From assembly GCA_004297215.1 (NCBI GenBank), contig SCUM01000001.1, positions 78,282 to 142,281 of the forward strand: a stretch of DNA of 64,000 bases. The letters are read 5' to 3'. Shown in pieces: positions 32,421-41,408 of the stretch. The first letter of the stretch is position 1; the number at the start of each line of letters is the position of its first letter. A model generated the notes under the pieces. It saw only the letters and a list, made by a program, of their open reading frames with translations, was not told the origin of the DNA and did not search any database. The stretch is from Patescibacteria group bacterium. Its GTDB lineage: Bacteria; Patescibacteriota; Patescibacteriia; UBA9934; GWF2-40-263. The translations under genes and the position numbers were made by a program.

Positions 32421-33728
32421 ATGCCAAGCGAGAAGAAGGCCGCGCTCGCTCGGCGGCGGGCCGAGGATCGGGCGGCGCTCGAAAGAGGCGACCATGTCGC
32501 GTTCGACAAGGAAGACATGCCGCGGCTGCCGGCATCCGTGACGCGTTCCTTGGAGGAACATGCGTTCGTGCTCGTGCCGGCGGAGGACGGCGCGGCGCAG
32601 GAGGCCGTGAGGGAGTTCTTTCGCCGATACGGTCCGGCGCTCGACGACCTGGAGGACTGTCCGGCCGTGAACCGGCTGTGCGGGCTCTTCCAGCTCGGGA
32701 TCAAGCGCGACCCGTCGCAGGACGCGGTGCTGCTGCAGCCCGGGAAGGCGGCCGCGCGCGTGAAGACGGCGCCGTTCGTCCATGACCGCCTGACGCACTC
32801 GAAGCAGGTGGCCGCGCACATGGTGGCGCTCGGCTGCACGCTTGGGGAACCGCCGGATCGGCTCGTGGACGCCGCGCTGGGCTCGCTCCTGCATGACACC
32901 GGCCACTGCGCGTTCAGCCATGACGGCGACCAGCTGCTGGTCGCGCGCGGCCGGCCCGACCACGAGATGCGCGGACAGCGGCTCGTCCTCGACGACCCGG
33001 ACATCCGTGAATCGCTCGCGCTCGCCGGGGCAAGACCGGACGCGGTGGTGGCCGTGATGCGGGAACAGGGCCGATACGGGCAGATGCAGAAGCTGATGGA
33101 TACGCTGGCCTACGTGACGCTCGACGCGGAAATGGCCGGCGCGCCGCTCCCGGAGGGGTTCGGCAGCGCCGTGCTCCGCTCCATTTGCGGCGTGGACGAA
33201 CACGGGTTCGCGGTGCGCCATCCGCTGGCGCTCATGGACGTGCTGACGTTTCGCGCCAGGCTTTCCAAGGCGATCTACTACGCCTGGTACAACCGCGTGG
33301 CCGTGGCCATGCTGCAGAAGGTCCTCGGGACGCTGCTCGACGCCGGACGGCTCCCGCTCGAGCGGCTTGAGCGGGGAAGCGACCAGGAGATCGAAATGCG
33401 GACGACGCTCGCCTTGGGCAGTTCCGGCGCATCGGAGGAGGCGTGGCTGCAGAGCGCCAACGCGGTGAGCTACGGGTTCTGGGAGGAGTTCGAACGGCAT
33501 TGGGAACGGCTCGAGTTCGCGGACGGGGACGCGGCCGCAGGGTGGCTCTCCGGCCTCAGCCCCTCCCGCGCGGCCTCCGGCGTCCTGTGCCCGCCGTACG
33601 ATTACACGAAGAAGGCGTTCCTAGCACGCACGAGCCTTGCGGTCGAGCCTCGGCGCCTGCAGGCCTCACCGGACATCATGGATTCGATCGACCGCCAGTG
33701 GATCGCCTGCGCATACAAGCAAGGCTGA
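32421..33728 (+). CDS. HD-domain phosphohydrolase (dGTP triphosphohydrolase-like)
   Basis: HSKQVAAHMVALG...LLHDTGHCAFSHDGD is an HD motif. 435 aa. RBS gggag. Preceded by the second copy of the leader module. Confidence 0.7.
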   Translation: MPSEKKAALARRRAEDRAALERGDHVAFDKEDMPRLPASVTRSLEEHAFVLVPAEDGAAQEAVREFFRRYGPALDDLEDCPAVNRLCGLFQLGIKRDPSQDAVLLQPGKAAARVKTAPFVHDRLTHSKQVAAHMVALGCTLGEPPDRLVDAALGSLLHDTGHCAFSHDGDQLLVARGRPDHEMRGQRLVLDDPDIRESLALAGARPDAVVAVMREQGRYGQMQKLMDTLAYVTLDAEMAGAPLPEGFGSAVLRSICGVDEHGFAVRHPLALMDVLTFRARLSKAIYYAWYNRVAVAMLQKVLGTLLDAGRLPLERLERGSDQEIEMRTTLALGSSGASEEAWLQSANAVSYGFWEEFERHWERLEFADGDAAAGWLSGLSPSRAASGVLCPPYDYTKKAFLARTSLAVEPRRLQASPDIMDSIDRQWIACAYKQG

Positions 33729-33856
33729 CTCGCCCCCGACGCGCCGTCGGGGGATTTTTGTCCTGTATCAGGCTGTGTTACGGTATTTCCTGAAGGGCAT
33801 CGGAGTTGACAAAACAGCCGTTTTCCGCTATGCTCCAGCGTTATTCTGAAGAATCT

Positions 33857-34960
33857 ATGATTAACAAAAACCTCCGTATTTCCGCGGTTGCCACGATGAT
33901 CGGCTTGTCCGGGTCCCTTGGGACCTTTGCGAGCGCCTCCGGGGTAAGCGTTCACACGAACGAGCGCAACCTCGCGCCGAGCGTCTCGTCCTGGTCGCGC
34001 AGCAATGGCGCGGACGTGAACGGCGACGGCACGATCCGCCTGCAGGATCGCGATGACGCTTCGGCTTCGACCGACGTCGCCGTGTCGAGTTCGCGCTCGG
34101 GCGATTACGCCTTGCTCGTGTCCTTCACGCGCGCCACCGGTTCCGGCCGCAATTCAGACTCCATCGCGGGCAAGCCGTATCTCTACGGCTACCTGATGGA
34201 CGGTCGCGACATCCTGGAGTACCTGCAGGACGATTCCATGACCCACCGCGAAGGCGGCGACTGGGGCGTGAGCTACGGCGTGTTCCGCATCCCGAGCGGA
34301 ACGGACAACATCCGGTATTTCCTGAACCAGGGTTCCCGCCGCGGCACGAGCGATGCCGGCCGTGAAGCGTGGTTCTATCGTCCGGGGCTGTTCATCACCG
34401 ACAGCCGTTCCGATGCCATGGACATCGTTGACGCGTATGAGCGTCGCCTGGACGACGTCGAGGACGCGCTCGACGGCCGTTCGTCCAACGACGACCGTTA
34501 CGACAACCCCAATTATGGCAACGGGAATTGTCCCAACGGGTATTGCGATGATGGTCTCACCGGCCCGCCCGTGTATTCCACCGGAACGCTCCTCAAGTGC
34601 CCGGGTCGCGCGGCCGTGTTCTCGGTCACGGGACGCCGCAGCATCCGCCTGTTTCCCAACGAGGACACGTTCTACGCCTGGGGGTACTCGTTCCAGGACG
34701 TCCGGACGATTTCCTGCGCCACGCTCGACCGCTTCGACATGGACGGGAGCTGGACGTACAGCCGCGACAGCCGGCTCATCAAGTTCACCGATTCCCCGGC
34801 CGTGTACACGCTCGACAACGGGCGCTACCTGCGCGGGATTCCCAACGAGCATACGGCCCGCGCCATGTACGGCTCCGACTGGGCCTCGCGCATCCGCCTG
34901 CTCTCGCCGTACGAGCGGTACAACTACGTGATTTCCCATCAGCATCCGAACCGCTACTAA
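33857..34960 (+). CDS. Secreted hypothetical protein
   Basis: Signal peptide MINKNLRISAVATMIGLSGSLGTFASA. Gly/Asp/Asn-rich middle (NPNYGNGNCPNGYCDDG). No recognisable family. Confidence 0.55.
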   Translation: MINKNLRISAVATMIGLSGSLGTFASASGVSVHTNERNLAPSVSSWSRSNGADVNGDGTIRLQDRDDASASTDVAVSSSRSGDYALLVSFTRATGSGRNSDSIAGKPYLYGYLMDGRDILEYLQDDSMTHREGGDWGVSYGVFRIPSGTDNIRYFLNQGSRRGTSDAGREAWFYRPGLFITDSRSDAMDIVDAYERRLDDVEDALDGRSSNDDRYDNPNYGNGNCPNGYCDDGLTGPPVYSTGTLLKCPGRAAVFSVTGRRSIRLFPNEDTFYAWGYSFQDVRTISCATLDRFDMDGSWTYSRDSRLIKFTDSPAVYTLDNGRYLRGIPNEHTARAMYGSDWASRIRLLSPYERYNYVISHQHPNRY

Positions 34961-34963
34961 GAC

Positions 34964-34997
34964 AAACCGCCTCGGGCCTCGGCCTGGGGCGGTTTTT
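34964..34997 (+). terminator. Rho-independent terminator
   Basis: aaaccgcctcgggcc-tcggcctggggcggttttt. Confidence 0.7.
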
Positions 34998-35002
34998 CGT
35001 TC

Positions 35003-35039
35003 GGGTCACTAAGTGACCTCCCTGGTCACTTAGTGACCC
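35003..35039. promoter_or_regulatory. Operator-like double palindrome upstream of rdgB
   Basis: GGGTCACTAAGTGACC-tccct-GGTCACTTAGTGACCC. Two copies of a 13-bp self-complementary site GTCAC-TWA-GTGAC. Confidence 0.5.
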
Positions 35040-35060
35040 GGCGGCTATACTTCTCGCGAT

Positions 35061-35618
35061 ATGGCACGCATTACCCTCGTCACCGGCAATCCGGACAAGA
35101 AGAAGGAGTTCGAGAACGCGCTTTCCGGCACGGACATCGTCATCGCCGATCATCACCTCCACGAAATCCAGTCGCTCAATCTTCGGGAGATCGTCGAGCA
35201 TAAGGTCCGCGGCGCCTATGGATGCGTGAAGGGTCCGGTGATTGTCGAGGACGTAAGTTTCGAGGTCGCGGCCATGAACGGCTTTCCTGGTCCGTTCGTG
35301 AAGTACTGGGCGAACTTGGTGGGCTACGAGAAGGCGCTCATCCTCTGTGAAGCCGAAAAAAACTGGGCTGCCCGGGCCGTTTGTGCCGATGCCTATTTTG
35401 ACGGGAAGCAGCTTGTCTACGTAGAGGAAGCGGTGCCGGGCAGGCTCACCTCGCGTGCGGGCGATGACGGCTTCGGATTCGATTTCTTCTTTATTCCAGA
35501 CGGCTATGACCAGACATTCGCCCAGCTCGGACGAACCGTGAAGAACAAGATTTCCCACCGTGCCCGCTCGCTGCAGGCGCTACGCGTCGCGCTGGCAGAG
35601 AAGGGAATCCTCGCCTGA
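35061..35618 (+). CDS. rdgB: Non-canonical purine NTP pyrophosphatase (RdgB/HAM1, dITP/XTP pyrophosphatase)
   Basis: ITLVTGNPDKKKEF...IVEDVSFEVAAMNGFPGPF...FGFDFFFIP...KNKISHR. Confidence 0.85.
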   Translation: MARITLVTGNPDKKKEFENALSGTDIVIADHHLHEIQSLNLREIVEHKVRGAYGCVKGPVIVEDVSFEVAAMNGFPGPFVKYWANLVGYEKALILCEAEKNWAARAVCADAYFDGKQLVYVEEAVPGRLTSRAGDDGFGFDFFFIPDGYDQTFAQLGRTVKNKISHRARSLQALRVALAEKGILA

Positions 35619-35620
35619 CG

Positions 35621-35741
35621 GTCCAACACCCGGTGTTGGGCCACCGAGTTTCCTAAGAATTTAGGCACTTTAGAAAATCACCCTCACAAAAATCCTAGGA
35701 ATTTCAAGCAAATCTACTTTTCCAACACCGGGTGTTGGACT
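35621..35741. repeat. Inverted hairpin pair flanking an AT-rich ~80-nt core
   Basis: gtCCAACACCCGGTGTTGGgc ... AT-rich core with internal palindromes cctaagaatttagg / cctaggaatttc ... tCCAACACCGGGTGTTGGac. The two termini are reverse complements of one another. Confidence 0.6.
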
Positions 35742-35743
35742 CT

Positions 35744-36097
35744 ATGGCATTTTTCCCCCGCGAAGGCTACCGATTTCTCCTCTTGCACGTCATCCTCACG
35801 GCCTCGGCGTATTTCCTGCTGCTCCGTTTCGTCCCGCAGCTCGGACGATTCGTGTGGCTCGCGGCGCCCAGCGCATCAGGGTTCGTCATCACCATGCTCG
35901 ATAAATTATCGGCGCAGGTACGCGTCCGTCGTATCCCGGAAACGGCGCTCCATGCGATCGCGCTTCTGGGCGGGTCGCTCGGCGTGTTCGCGGGGATGCA
36001 GCTCATGCGCCACAAGACGCGCAAGGTGTCGTTCCAATTCACGCTCACGGCGGTGTTCCTCATCCAGCTCGCCATCCTGTACTTCCTCATGAAATGA
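35744..36097 (+). CDS. DUF1294-family membrane protein
   Basis: IPETALHAIALLGGSLGVFAGMQLMRHKTRKVSF is a DUF1294 signature. Confidence 0.6.
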   Translation: MAFFPREGYRFLLLHVILTASAYFLLLRFVPQLGRFVWLAAPSASGFVITMLDKLSAQVRVRRIPETALHAIALLGGSLGVFAGMQLMRHKTRKVSFQFTLTAVFLIQLAILYFLMK

Positions 36098-36128
36098 AAA
36101 GGCCCGCAGGGAAGCGGGCCAGGATCGG

Positions 36129-36374
36129 TCATTGGCTGACCGGGACGCGTTGCGCCCACGCGTGTTCGCTCACCTCTCCCATGAGGGCGAGCGGCGGGTA
36201 GACGAACAGCACGGCGTTGCACGTTTCGCAGTAGTGGAACCCGACGGAGCAGGCGAACGGCGCCCCGGCCGTGAAGAAGTCCAGTCCGATCTTGCGGCCG
36301 GCGCACCATCGGCATGTCCTGGGCGCTCCGGCCTCGTCGTTGTGGAATTCGAGCGCTTCCTCGATCCGCCGCAT
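36129..36374 (-). CDS. Small zinc-ribbon-like hypothetical protein (81 aa)
   Basis: High GC3 in this frame. TCRWCAGRK...CSVGFHYCETCN are four Cys in two CxxC-like pairs. Start is uncertain. Confidence 0.4.
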   Translation of the reverse strand: MRRIEEALEFHNDEAGAPRTCRWCAGRKIGLDFFTAGAPFACSVGFHYCETCNAVLFVYPPLALMGEVSEHAWAQRVPVSQ

Positions 36375-36604
36375 CCGGAGCGACGGGAGCACGCGTTGCG
36401 GCTCGACCTGGCTCAGGTCGCGCGTTGGTTTCAGTTGCTTCTTCTTGCTGCGTCGGCTCACGCACGCTCCTCGAGTGGGGGAAAGGTCATGGGCGCCCCA
36501 TTGTGTCCGCGGATCCGGGAAGTTGTCAAAGGGATACGCCGTCTTGCGTCTCCTTGCCGTTTCCCCTACACTCCCGTCGTCTAAACGGAGCTCCGGCATC
36601 CCCT

Positions 36605-38683
36605 ATGCAGACCTGGAAAATCAAGCGCAACCATGGCGCTCAGCGCCCCGCCTCGCGCGGCGGTCATCCGCGCGTCGCCACCGCGCTTTTGCTCATCCTC
36701 ACCCTGGCGGGCGCGACATACGATTTTCCCGCGCTCTGGAACGGCTCCGCGTCGTTCGTAGAGGGGAAGACCGGCTGGAGCCTCCCGTCGCTCCCGGAGG
36801 ATCCGTACCGCCTGGGGCTCGACCTGCAGGGCGGCACCCATCTCGTGTACGAGGCGGACATGGCGGAGATCCCCGCCGGCGACCAGGACACGGCCCTCGA
36901 AGGGGTGCGCGACGTGATCGAGCGGCGGGTGAACGCGTTCGGCGTTGCCGAGCCCGTGGTGCAGACGATCACCGCCGGCGGCATCCACCGCCTCATCGTG
37001 GAGCTCGCCGGCGTGCTCGACGTGAACGCGGCGATTGAGCAGATCGGCGAGACGCCGGTGCTCGAGTTCAAGGAGCCGGCCACCGACGTCGGCCGCGAAC
37101 TCACCGCCGAGGAAAAAGCCGCGCTCGCGGCGCTGAATGCGCAGGAGCGCGCGGCGGCCGAGGCCCTGCTCTCGCGCGCCCGCGCGGGCGCGGCGTTCGA
37201 CGCCCTGGTCGCGGAGGCTTCCGTCGAGCCGGGCGCGGATGAGACGAAGGGCGTCTTGGGCGGGGCCGTGGCGGATTCCGCGCGCTACGGCGAGATCGTG
37301 AAGGCGATCCAGCGCAGCGGGGTGCGAGCGGGCGGCATCGTCCCGAAGGTGATCGAGACCCCGGAAGGGTTGAGCGTGGTGAAGTATCTCGGCCAGAAGC
37401 AGGACCGGGAGATGCAGCTGTCCCACATCTTGTTCTGCTTTGAAGGGAAGACCGGCTGCGTGAAGGACGTCCCCGCGCTCGACGCCTCGGTGCGCATGAC
37501 CGCGCTCAGGAAGGATCTCACGGCGGAGAATTTCGCTGAGAAGGCCACGGAACTTTCCGACGACCCGAGCGCGGCGCAAAACGGCGGCGACTTGGGCTGG
37601 GTGAAGCCGGGCGACACCGTGCTGGCGTTCGAACTCGCCGCGCGGCAGGTCGAGAAGGGGAAGATCTCCGAAGCCGTGGAGACCGATTTCGGCTACCACC
37701 TCATCTACAAGCGCGACGAGCGGGCGATCGCCACCTATCAGGTCCAGCGCGTGCTGCTGAAGCTCTCGAAGGACGCCGACGTGGTGCCCGACGCGAGCCC
37801 GTGGAAGAACACCGGGCTTTCCGGCAAGCACCTCGAGCGCGCGAACGTCGCCTTCGATCCTACCTCCGGCGCGCCGCACATCAGCCTGCAGTTCAACTCG
37901 GAGGGGGCCGAGCTGTTCGGCACGCTCACGCAGGCGCATGTGGGCGAGCCCATCGCCATCTTCCTCGACGGCGAGGCCATCTCCGTGCCCACGGTGCAGC
38001 AGGCGATTTATGGAGGCCAGGCCGTCATCAGCGGCACGTTCACGCTCCCCGAGGCCAAGCTTCTCGCCCAGCGCCTCAATGCCGGCGCCTTGCCCGTGCC
38101 CGTGAAGCTGCTGTCGCAGGAAACGGTCGGGCCCTCCCTCGGCGCCGCCTCGCTCGCGGCGAGCGTGAACGCCGCCCTGATCGGTTTCGCGCTGGTCGCC
38201 GCGTTCATGATCCTCGTGTACCGACTGCCGGGGCTGCTCGCGGGCGTGGCGCTCGTCCTCTACGCCGTGCTCAACCTCGCGGCCTACAAGCTGTTCGGCG
38301 TCACCGTCACCCTTTCGGGCATCGCCGGGTTCGTGCTGTCCCTGGGCATCGCCGTGGACGCCAACGTGCTCATCTTCGAGCGCATGCGCGACGAGTGGCG
38401 CGCGGGCCGCGACCTGTCGTCGTCGATCTCCGAAGGGTACCGCCGCGCCTGGGCGCCGATCCGGGACGGGCACCTCACCACGCTCATCTCCGCGCTCGTG
38501 CTGTATTTCTTCAGCTCCAGTTTCGTGAAGGGGTTCGCCCTCACGCTGGGCATCGGGGTGGCGCTGTCGCTGTTCACGGCGCTCACGGTGACCCACGCGT
38601 ATCTCGGCGCGGCCCGCTCCGCCAGGTTCCTTACGGCCCCGTGGCTCTACAGCCTTAAGCGTCCGACGACGGACCCCAAGTGA
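36605..38683 (+). CDS. secD: Protein translocase subunit SecD with an inserted parvulin-type (PpiC) peptidyl-prolyl isomerase domain
   Basis: The SecD N-terminus and C-terminal TM bundle (AVDANVLIFERMRDE) are typical. Between them, residues ~250-480 carry GGDLGWVKPGDTVLAFELAARQVEKGKISEAVETDFGYHLIYKR, a rotamase/PpiC signature. Confidence 0.9.
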   Translation: MQTWKIKRNHGAQRPASRGGHPRVATALLLILTLAGATYDFPALWNGSASFVEGKTGWSLPSLPEDPYRLGLDLQGGTHLVYEADMAEIPAGDQDTALEGVRDVIERRVNAFGVAEPVVQTITAGGIHRLIVELAGVLDVNAAIEQIGETPVLEFKEPATDVGRELTAEEKAALAALNAQERAAAEALLSRARAGAAFDALVAEASVEPGADETKGVLGGAVADSARYGEIVKAIQRSGVRAGGIVPKVIETPEGLSVVKYLGQKQDREMQLSHILFCFEGKTGCVKDVPALDASVRMTALRKDLTAENFAEKATELSDDPSAAQNGGDLGWVKPGDTVLAFELAARQVEKGKISEAVETDFGYHLIYKRDERAIATYQVQRVLLKLSKDADVVPDASPWKNTGLSGKHLERANVAFDPTSGAPHISLQFNSEGAELFGTLTQAHVGEPIAIFLDGEAISVPTVQQAIYGGQAVISGTFTLPEAKLLAQRLNAGALPVPVKLLSQETVGPSLGAASLAASVNAALIGFALVAAFMILVYRLPGLLAGVALVLYAVLNLAAYKLFGVTVTLSGIAGFVLSLGIAVDANVLIFERMRDEWRAGRDLSSSISEGYRRAWAPIRDGHLTTLISALVLYFFSSSFVKGFALTLGIGVALSLFTALTVTHAYLGAARSARFLTAPWLYSLKRPTTDPK

Positions 38684-38684
38684 T

Positions 38685-39590
38685 ATGGCCTTCAGCTTCA
38701 TCCGTCCGCGCCGCCTCTGGTTCGCCATTTCGGCCGTGCTGATCGGCGCCTCGCTCATGGCCCTCGGCCTGTTCGGGCTCAAGTTCGGCACCGACTTCAC
38801 GGGGGGGACGCTGCTCGAGCTCCGGTTCGCGTCGGGGCGCCCGGAAAACGCCGAACTCGCGGGCCTGTTCGCGAACGCCGGATTCCAAGGCGCCACGGTG
38901 CAACCCGCCGGGGAAGACCGCGCCCTCGTGCGTCTCCCTCCGCTCACCGAAGAGGAGCACCAGACGGCCCTCGCCGCCGTGAAGGCCGCGCACGAAGGCG
39001 CATCCGAGCTCCGGTTCAACTCCGTCGGACCGGTGATCGGCAAGGAGCTGCGCACCACGGCCGTGCTGGGCGTCGCCATCACGCTCCTGCTGATCGGACT
39101 CTACATCGCCTACGTGTTCCGCACGGTGAGCGACCCGGTGCCCAGCTGGAAGTATGCCGTGGTCACGCTCATCGCCGCCGCGCACGACGTGATCATCCCG
39201 CTCGGCCTGTTCGCCGTGCTCGGTCATTTCCGGGATTGGGAAGTGAACGCGGGATTCGTGGCCGCCGCGCTCACCATCCTCGGGTATTCCATCTCCGACA
39301 CCGTGGTGGTGTTCGACCGCGTGCGCGAGAACCTGTCGCGGGATTCCTCCGACGCGTTCGAGGACATCGTGGACCGTTCCGTGCAACAGACCGCCGTGCG
39401 CTCGTTCAACACCTCGTTCACGGCGCTCCTCGCCCTCGCCGCCATCCTCGCGTTCGGCGGCGACACCACCCGCCCGTTCGCCGCCGCCCTGTTCGCCGGC
39501 ATCGCGACCGGCACGTATTCGTCCATCTTCATCGCGAGCCCGCTGCTCGTGGAGTGGGAGAAGAGGAACAGGAAGGGATCGGGAGGGTGA
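38685..39590 (+). CDS. secF: Protein translocase subunit SecF
   Basis: GLKFGTDFTGGTLLEL...IIPLGLFAVLG...TVVVFDRVRENL. Starts 1 nt after the secD stop. Confidence 0.9.
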   Translation: MAFSFIRPRRLWFAISAVLIGASLMALGLFGLKFGTDFTGGTLLELRFASGRPENAELAGLFANAGFQGATVQPAGEDRALVRLPPLTEEEHQTALAAVKAAHEGASELRFNSVGPVIGKELRTTAVLGVAITLLLIGLYIAYVFRTVSDPVPSWKYAVVTLIAAAHDVIIPLGLFAVLGHFRDWEVNAGFVAAALTILGYSISDTVVVFDRVRENLSRDSSDAFEDIVDRSVQQTAVRSFNTSFTALLALAAILAFGGDTTRPFAAALFAGIATGTYSSIFIASPLLVEWEKRNRKGSGG

Positions 39591-39594
39591 TGAA

Positions 39595-39745
39595 GTGAAG
39601 GATCAAGGCCGGAAGGTTCTAAGGACCAAAGGAGACGTGAAAGAATTTATTGACGAAAAGACGAAGGTTTAAAACCTTCGTCTTTGAATTTCGGACTTTC
39701 ACGTTTCCTTTGGCCCTTTCAAACCCTTCATTCCTTGGTCCTTTC
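39595..39745. terminator. Long low-GC imperfect palindrome with a core rho-independent terminator after secF
   Basis: Core aaagacgaaggtt-ttaaaa-ccttcgtcttt (39657-39685). Outer arms ggaccaaaggagacgtgaaag / ctttcacgtttcctttggccc. Confidence 0.65.
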
Positions 39746-39767
39746 TTGTGCTATACTGTTCCCGACT

Positions 39768-41408
39768 ATGTCCTGGCTTTCCGCTTTCCTTGACGCGCGC
39801 ATCGACGTGCAGCTGTACGTGCTTACGGTCCTGTTCGGTTGGATAGGAACGGCCGCCGTGCTCGCGTGGGGGTTCGTCGAGATGTGGAAGAACCACCGTC
39901 AGGGGCTGTACGTGCAGGGGCTCCAGCACGTGTTGCTCGCGATCAACGTCCCGGCGATGACCGAACAGAGCCCGAAGGCGGTCGAGGCCCTGTTCTCGAA
40001 CCTGATCGGTTCCTTCAGCAACCTCATCTGGAAGGAAAAATGGCTGAAGGGCAAGGTCCAGCCCGTATTCTCGTTCGAGATCGCGTCCACGGAAGGGTAC
40101 ATCCAGTTTTACGTGCACACCCAGACCAAGTACCGCGACGTCATCGAGGCCAACGTGTACGCGCATTATCCCGAGGCGGAGATCGTCGAGGTGGAGGATT
40201 ATGCGGCCTCGGCGCCCACCAAGTATCCGGACGAGCATTATGAGGCTTGGGGGGCCGAAATGACCCTGAGCAAGGAAGAATTCTATCCGCTGCGCACGTA
40301 CGTGGATTTCGAGGACAAGCTCGCCGGGGAATTCCGCGACCCGCTCGGGCAGATGCTCGAAAGCTTCGGCAAGATGCGGCCCGGGGAACACCTGTGGATG
40401 CAGGTGCTGATTTCCCCTGGAAACAACGATTGGAAGGACAAGGGATTGGCCTTCATCGACGAGACCTACGGCAACGTGAAATCGCACAAGCCCGGCATGA
40501 TCGAGGCCGGGATGTCCGCGGCCCTGTCGATCCCCAACGCCATGCTCCAGGAGGTGTTCGGCGGCGCGAGCGAGGACGCGCACGCCAAGAAGGAAGTCGA
40601 CCCGTGGAAGGCGTTCAAGATCACGCCCGTCCAAAAGGAGATTGCCGAGGGGATCTTGCGGAAATGCGGGAAGGTGGGGTTCCCGAGCAAGGTGCGGCTG
40701 GTCTACGTCGCCCGCAAGGAAGCCTTCAATAAGGGTTCGCGCGCGCCCATCCTCAAAGGGATGCTCCAGCCGTATTCCCACCTGAACATGAATTCGTTCC
40801 GGTTTCACGGCTCCAGCGTGCCGAAGGACGATTATTTCTGGCAGCGATGGTCCTTGCCGAAGAAGCAGGGCCGTCTCGTGCGCGCGTTCCGCAAGCGCAG
40901 CTGGACCATCGGCGCCACCCCGAAGGTGCTGAACGCCGAGGAGCTCGCCACCATCTGGCATTTCCCGGCGATCGGGGTGAAGGCGCCTTTGGTGCGGAAA
41001 TCCGAGGCGAAGCGCGGCGAGCCGCCGGTGGACCTCCCCTTGGATTCCGAAGGGGCATTGCCGAAGTTCGTGCGCCGCTCGGAGCCGGAGCCGGATGCGC
41101 ATGGCGACCATGGCCACGGGCATGTCGAAGCCGCGCCTGACGCGACGCACGCCCTCCCGGGACTCCCCACGATCGACGTTCCGGCCGTATCGATGCCTGC
41201 CATGCCCATCTCCGACGCGCCGCCTCGCCGAAGGCCGGTCCAGGCGGAGCCCGAAGCCGAAGAACGCGAGCCGGGCTTGGATGCGACCGACATGGGTCCG
41301 CCCGCGGGCGTGGTGCTCCCGGGCCCGCCGCCCGGGTGGAAGGAAGAGACGAGGGGGGATGGCCCGGCCTCGTCTGACGCCGAGTCGCCGCCGAACCTTC
41401 CGGTATGA
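39768..41408 (+). CDS. Hypothetical membrane-anchored protein (2 N-terminal TM, large soluble domain, Pro-rich tail), partner of a T4CP-like ATPase
   Basis: TM1/TM2 (SWLSAFLDARIDVQLYVLTVLFGWIGTAAVLAWGFV). Soluble region has no recognised family. Ends TIWHFP...Pro-rich. The stop overlaps the downstream start (ATGA). Confidence 0.5.
   Translation: MSWLSAFLDARIDVQLYVLTVLFGWIGTAAVLAWGFVEMWKNHRQGLYVQGLQHVLLAINVPAMTEQSPKAVEALFSNLIGSFSNLIWKEKWLKGKVQPVFSFEIASTEGYIQFYVHTQTKYRDVIEANVYAHYPEAEIVEVEDYAASAPTKYPDEHYEAWGAEMTLSKEEFYPLRTYVDFEDKLAGEFRDPLGQMLESFGKMRPGEHLWMQVLISPGNNDWKDKGLAFIDETYGNVKSHKPGMIEAGMSAALSIPNAMLQEVFGGASEDAHAKKEVDPWKAFKITPVQKEIAEGILRKCGKVGFPSKVRLVYVARKEAFNKGSRAPILKGMLQPYSHLNMNSFRFHGSSVPKDDYFWQRWSLPKKQGRLVRAFRKRSWTIGATPKVLNAEELATIWHFPAIGVKAPLVRKSEAKRGEPPVDLPLDSEGALPKFVRRSEPEPDAHGDHGHGHVEAAPDATHALPGLPTIDVPAVSMPAMPISDAPPRRRPVQAEPEAEEREPGLDATDMGPPAGVVLPGPPPGWKEETRGDGPASSDAESPPNLPV

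Noticed and set aside
36581-39082. 833-aa minus-strand ORF antisense to secD/secF, and similar long antisense ORFs (24998-27616 versus secA; 59700-61604 versus rpoD/ECF sigma; 21642-23567 versus murC)
   Set aside because: All oppose genes with unambiguous conserved motifs, and their translations are compositionally biased. Shadow ORFs.
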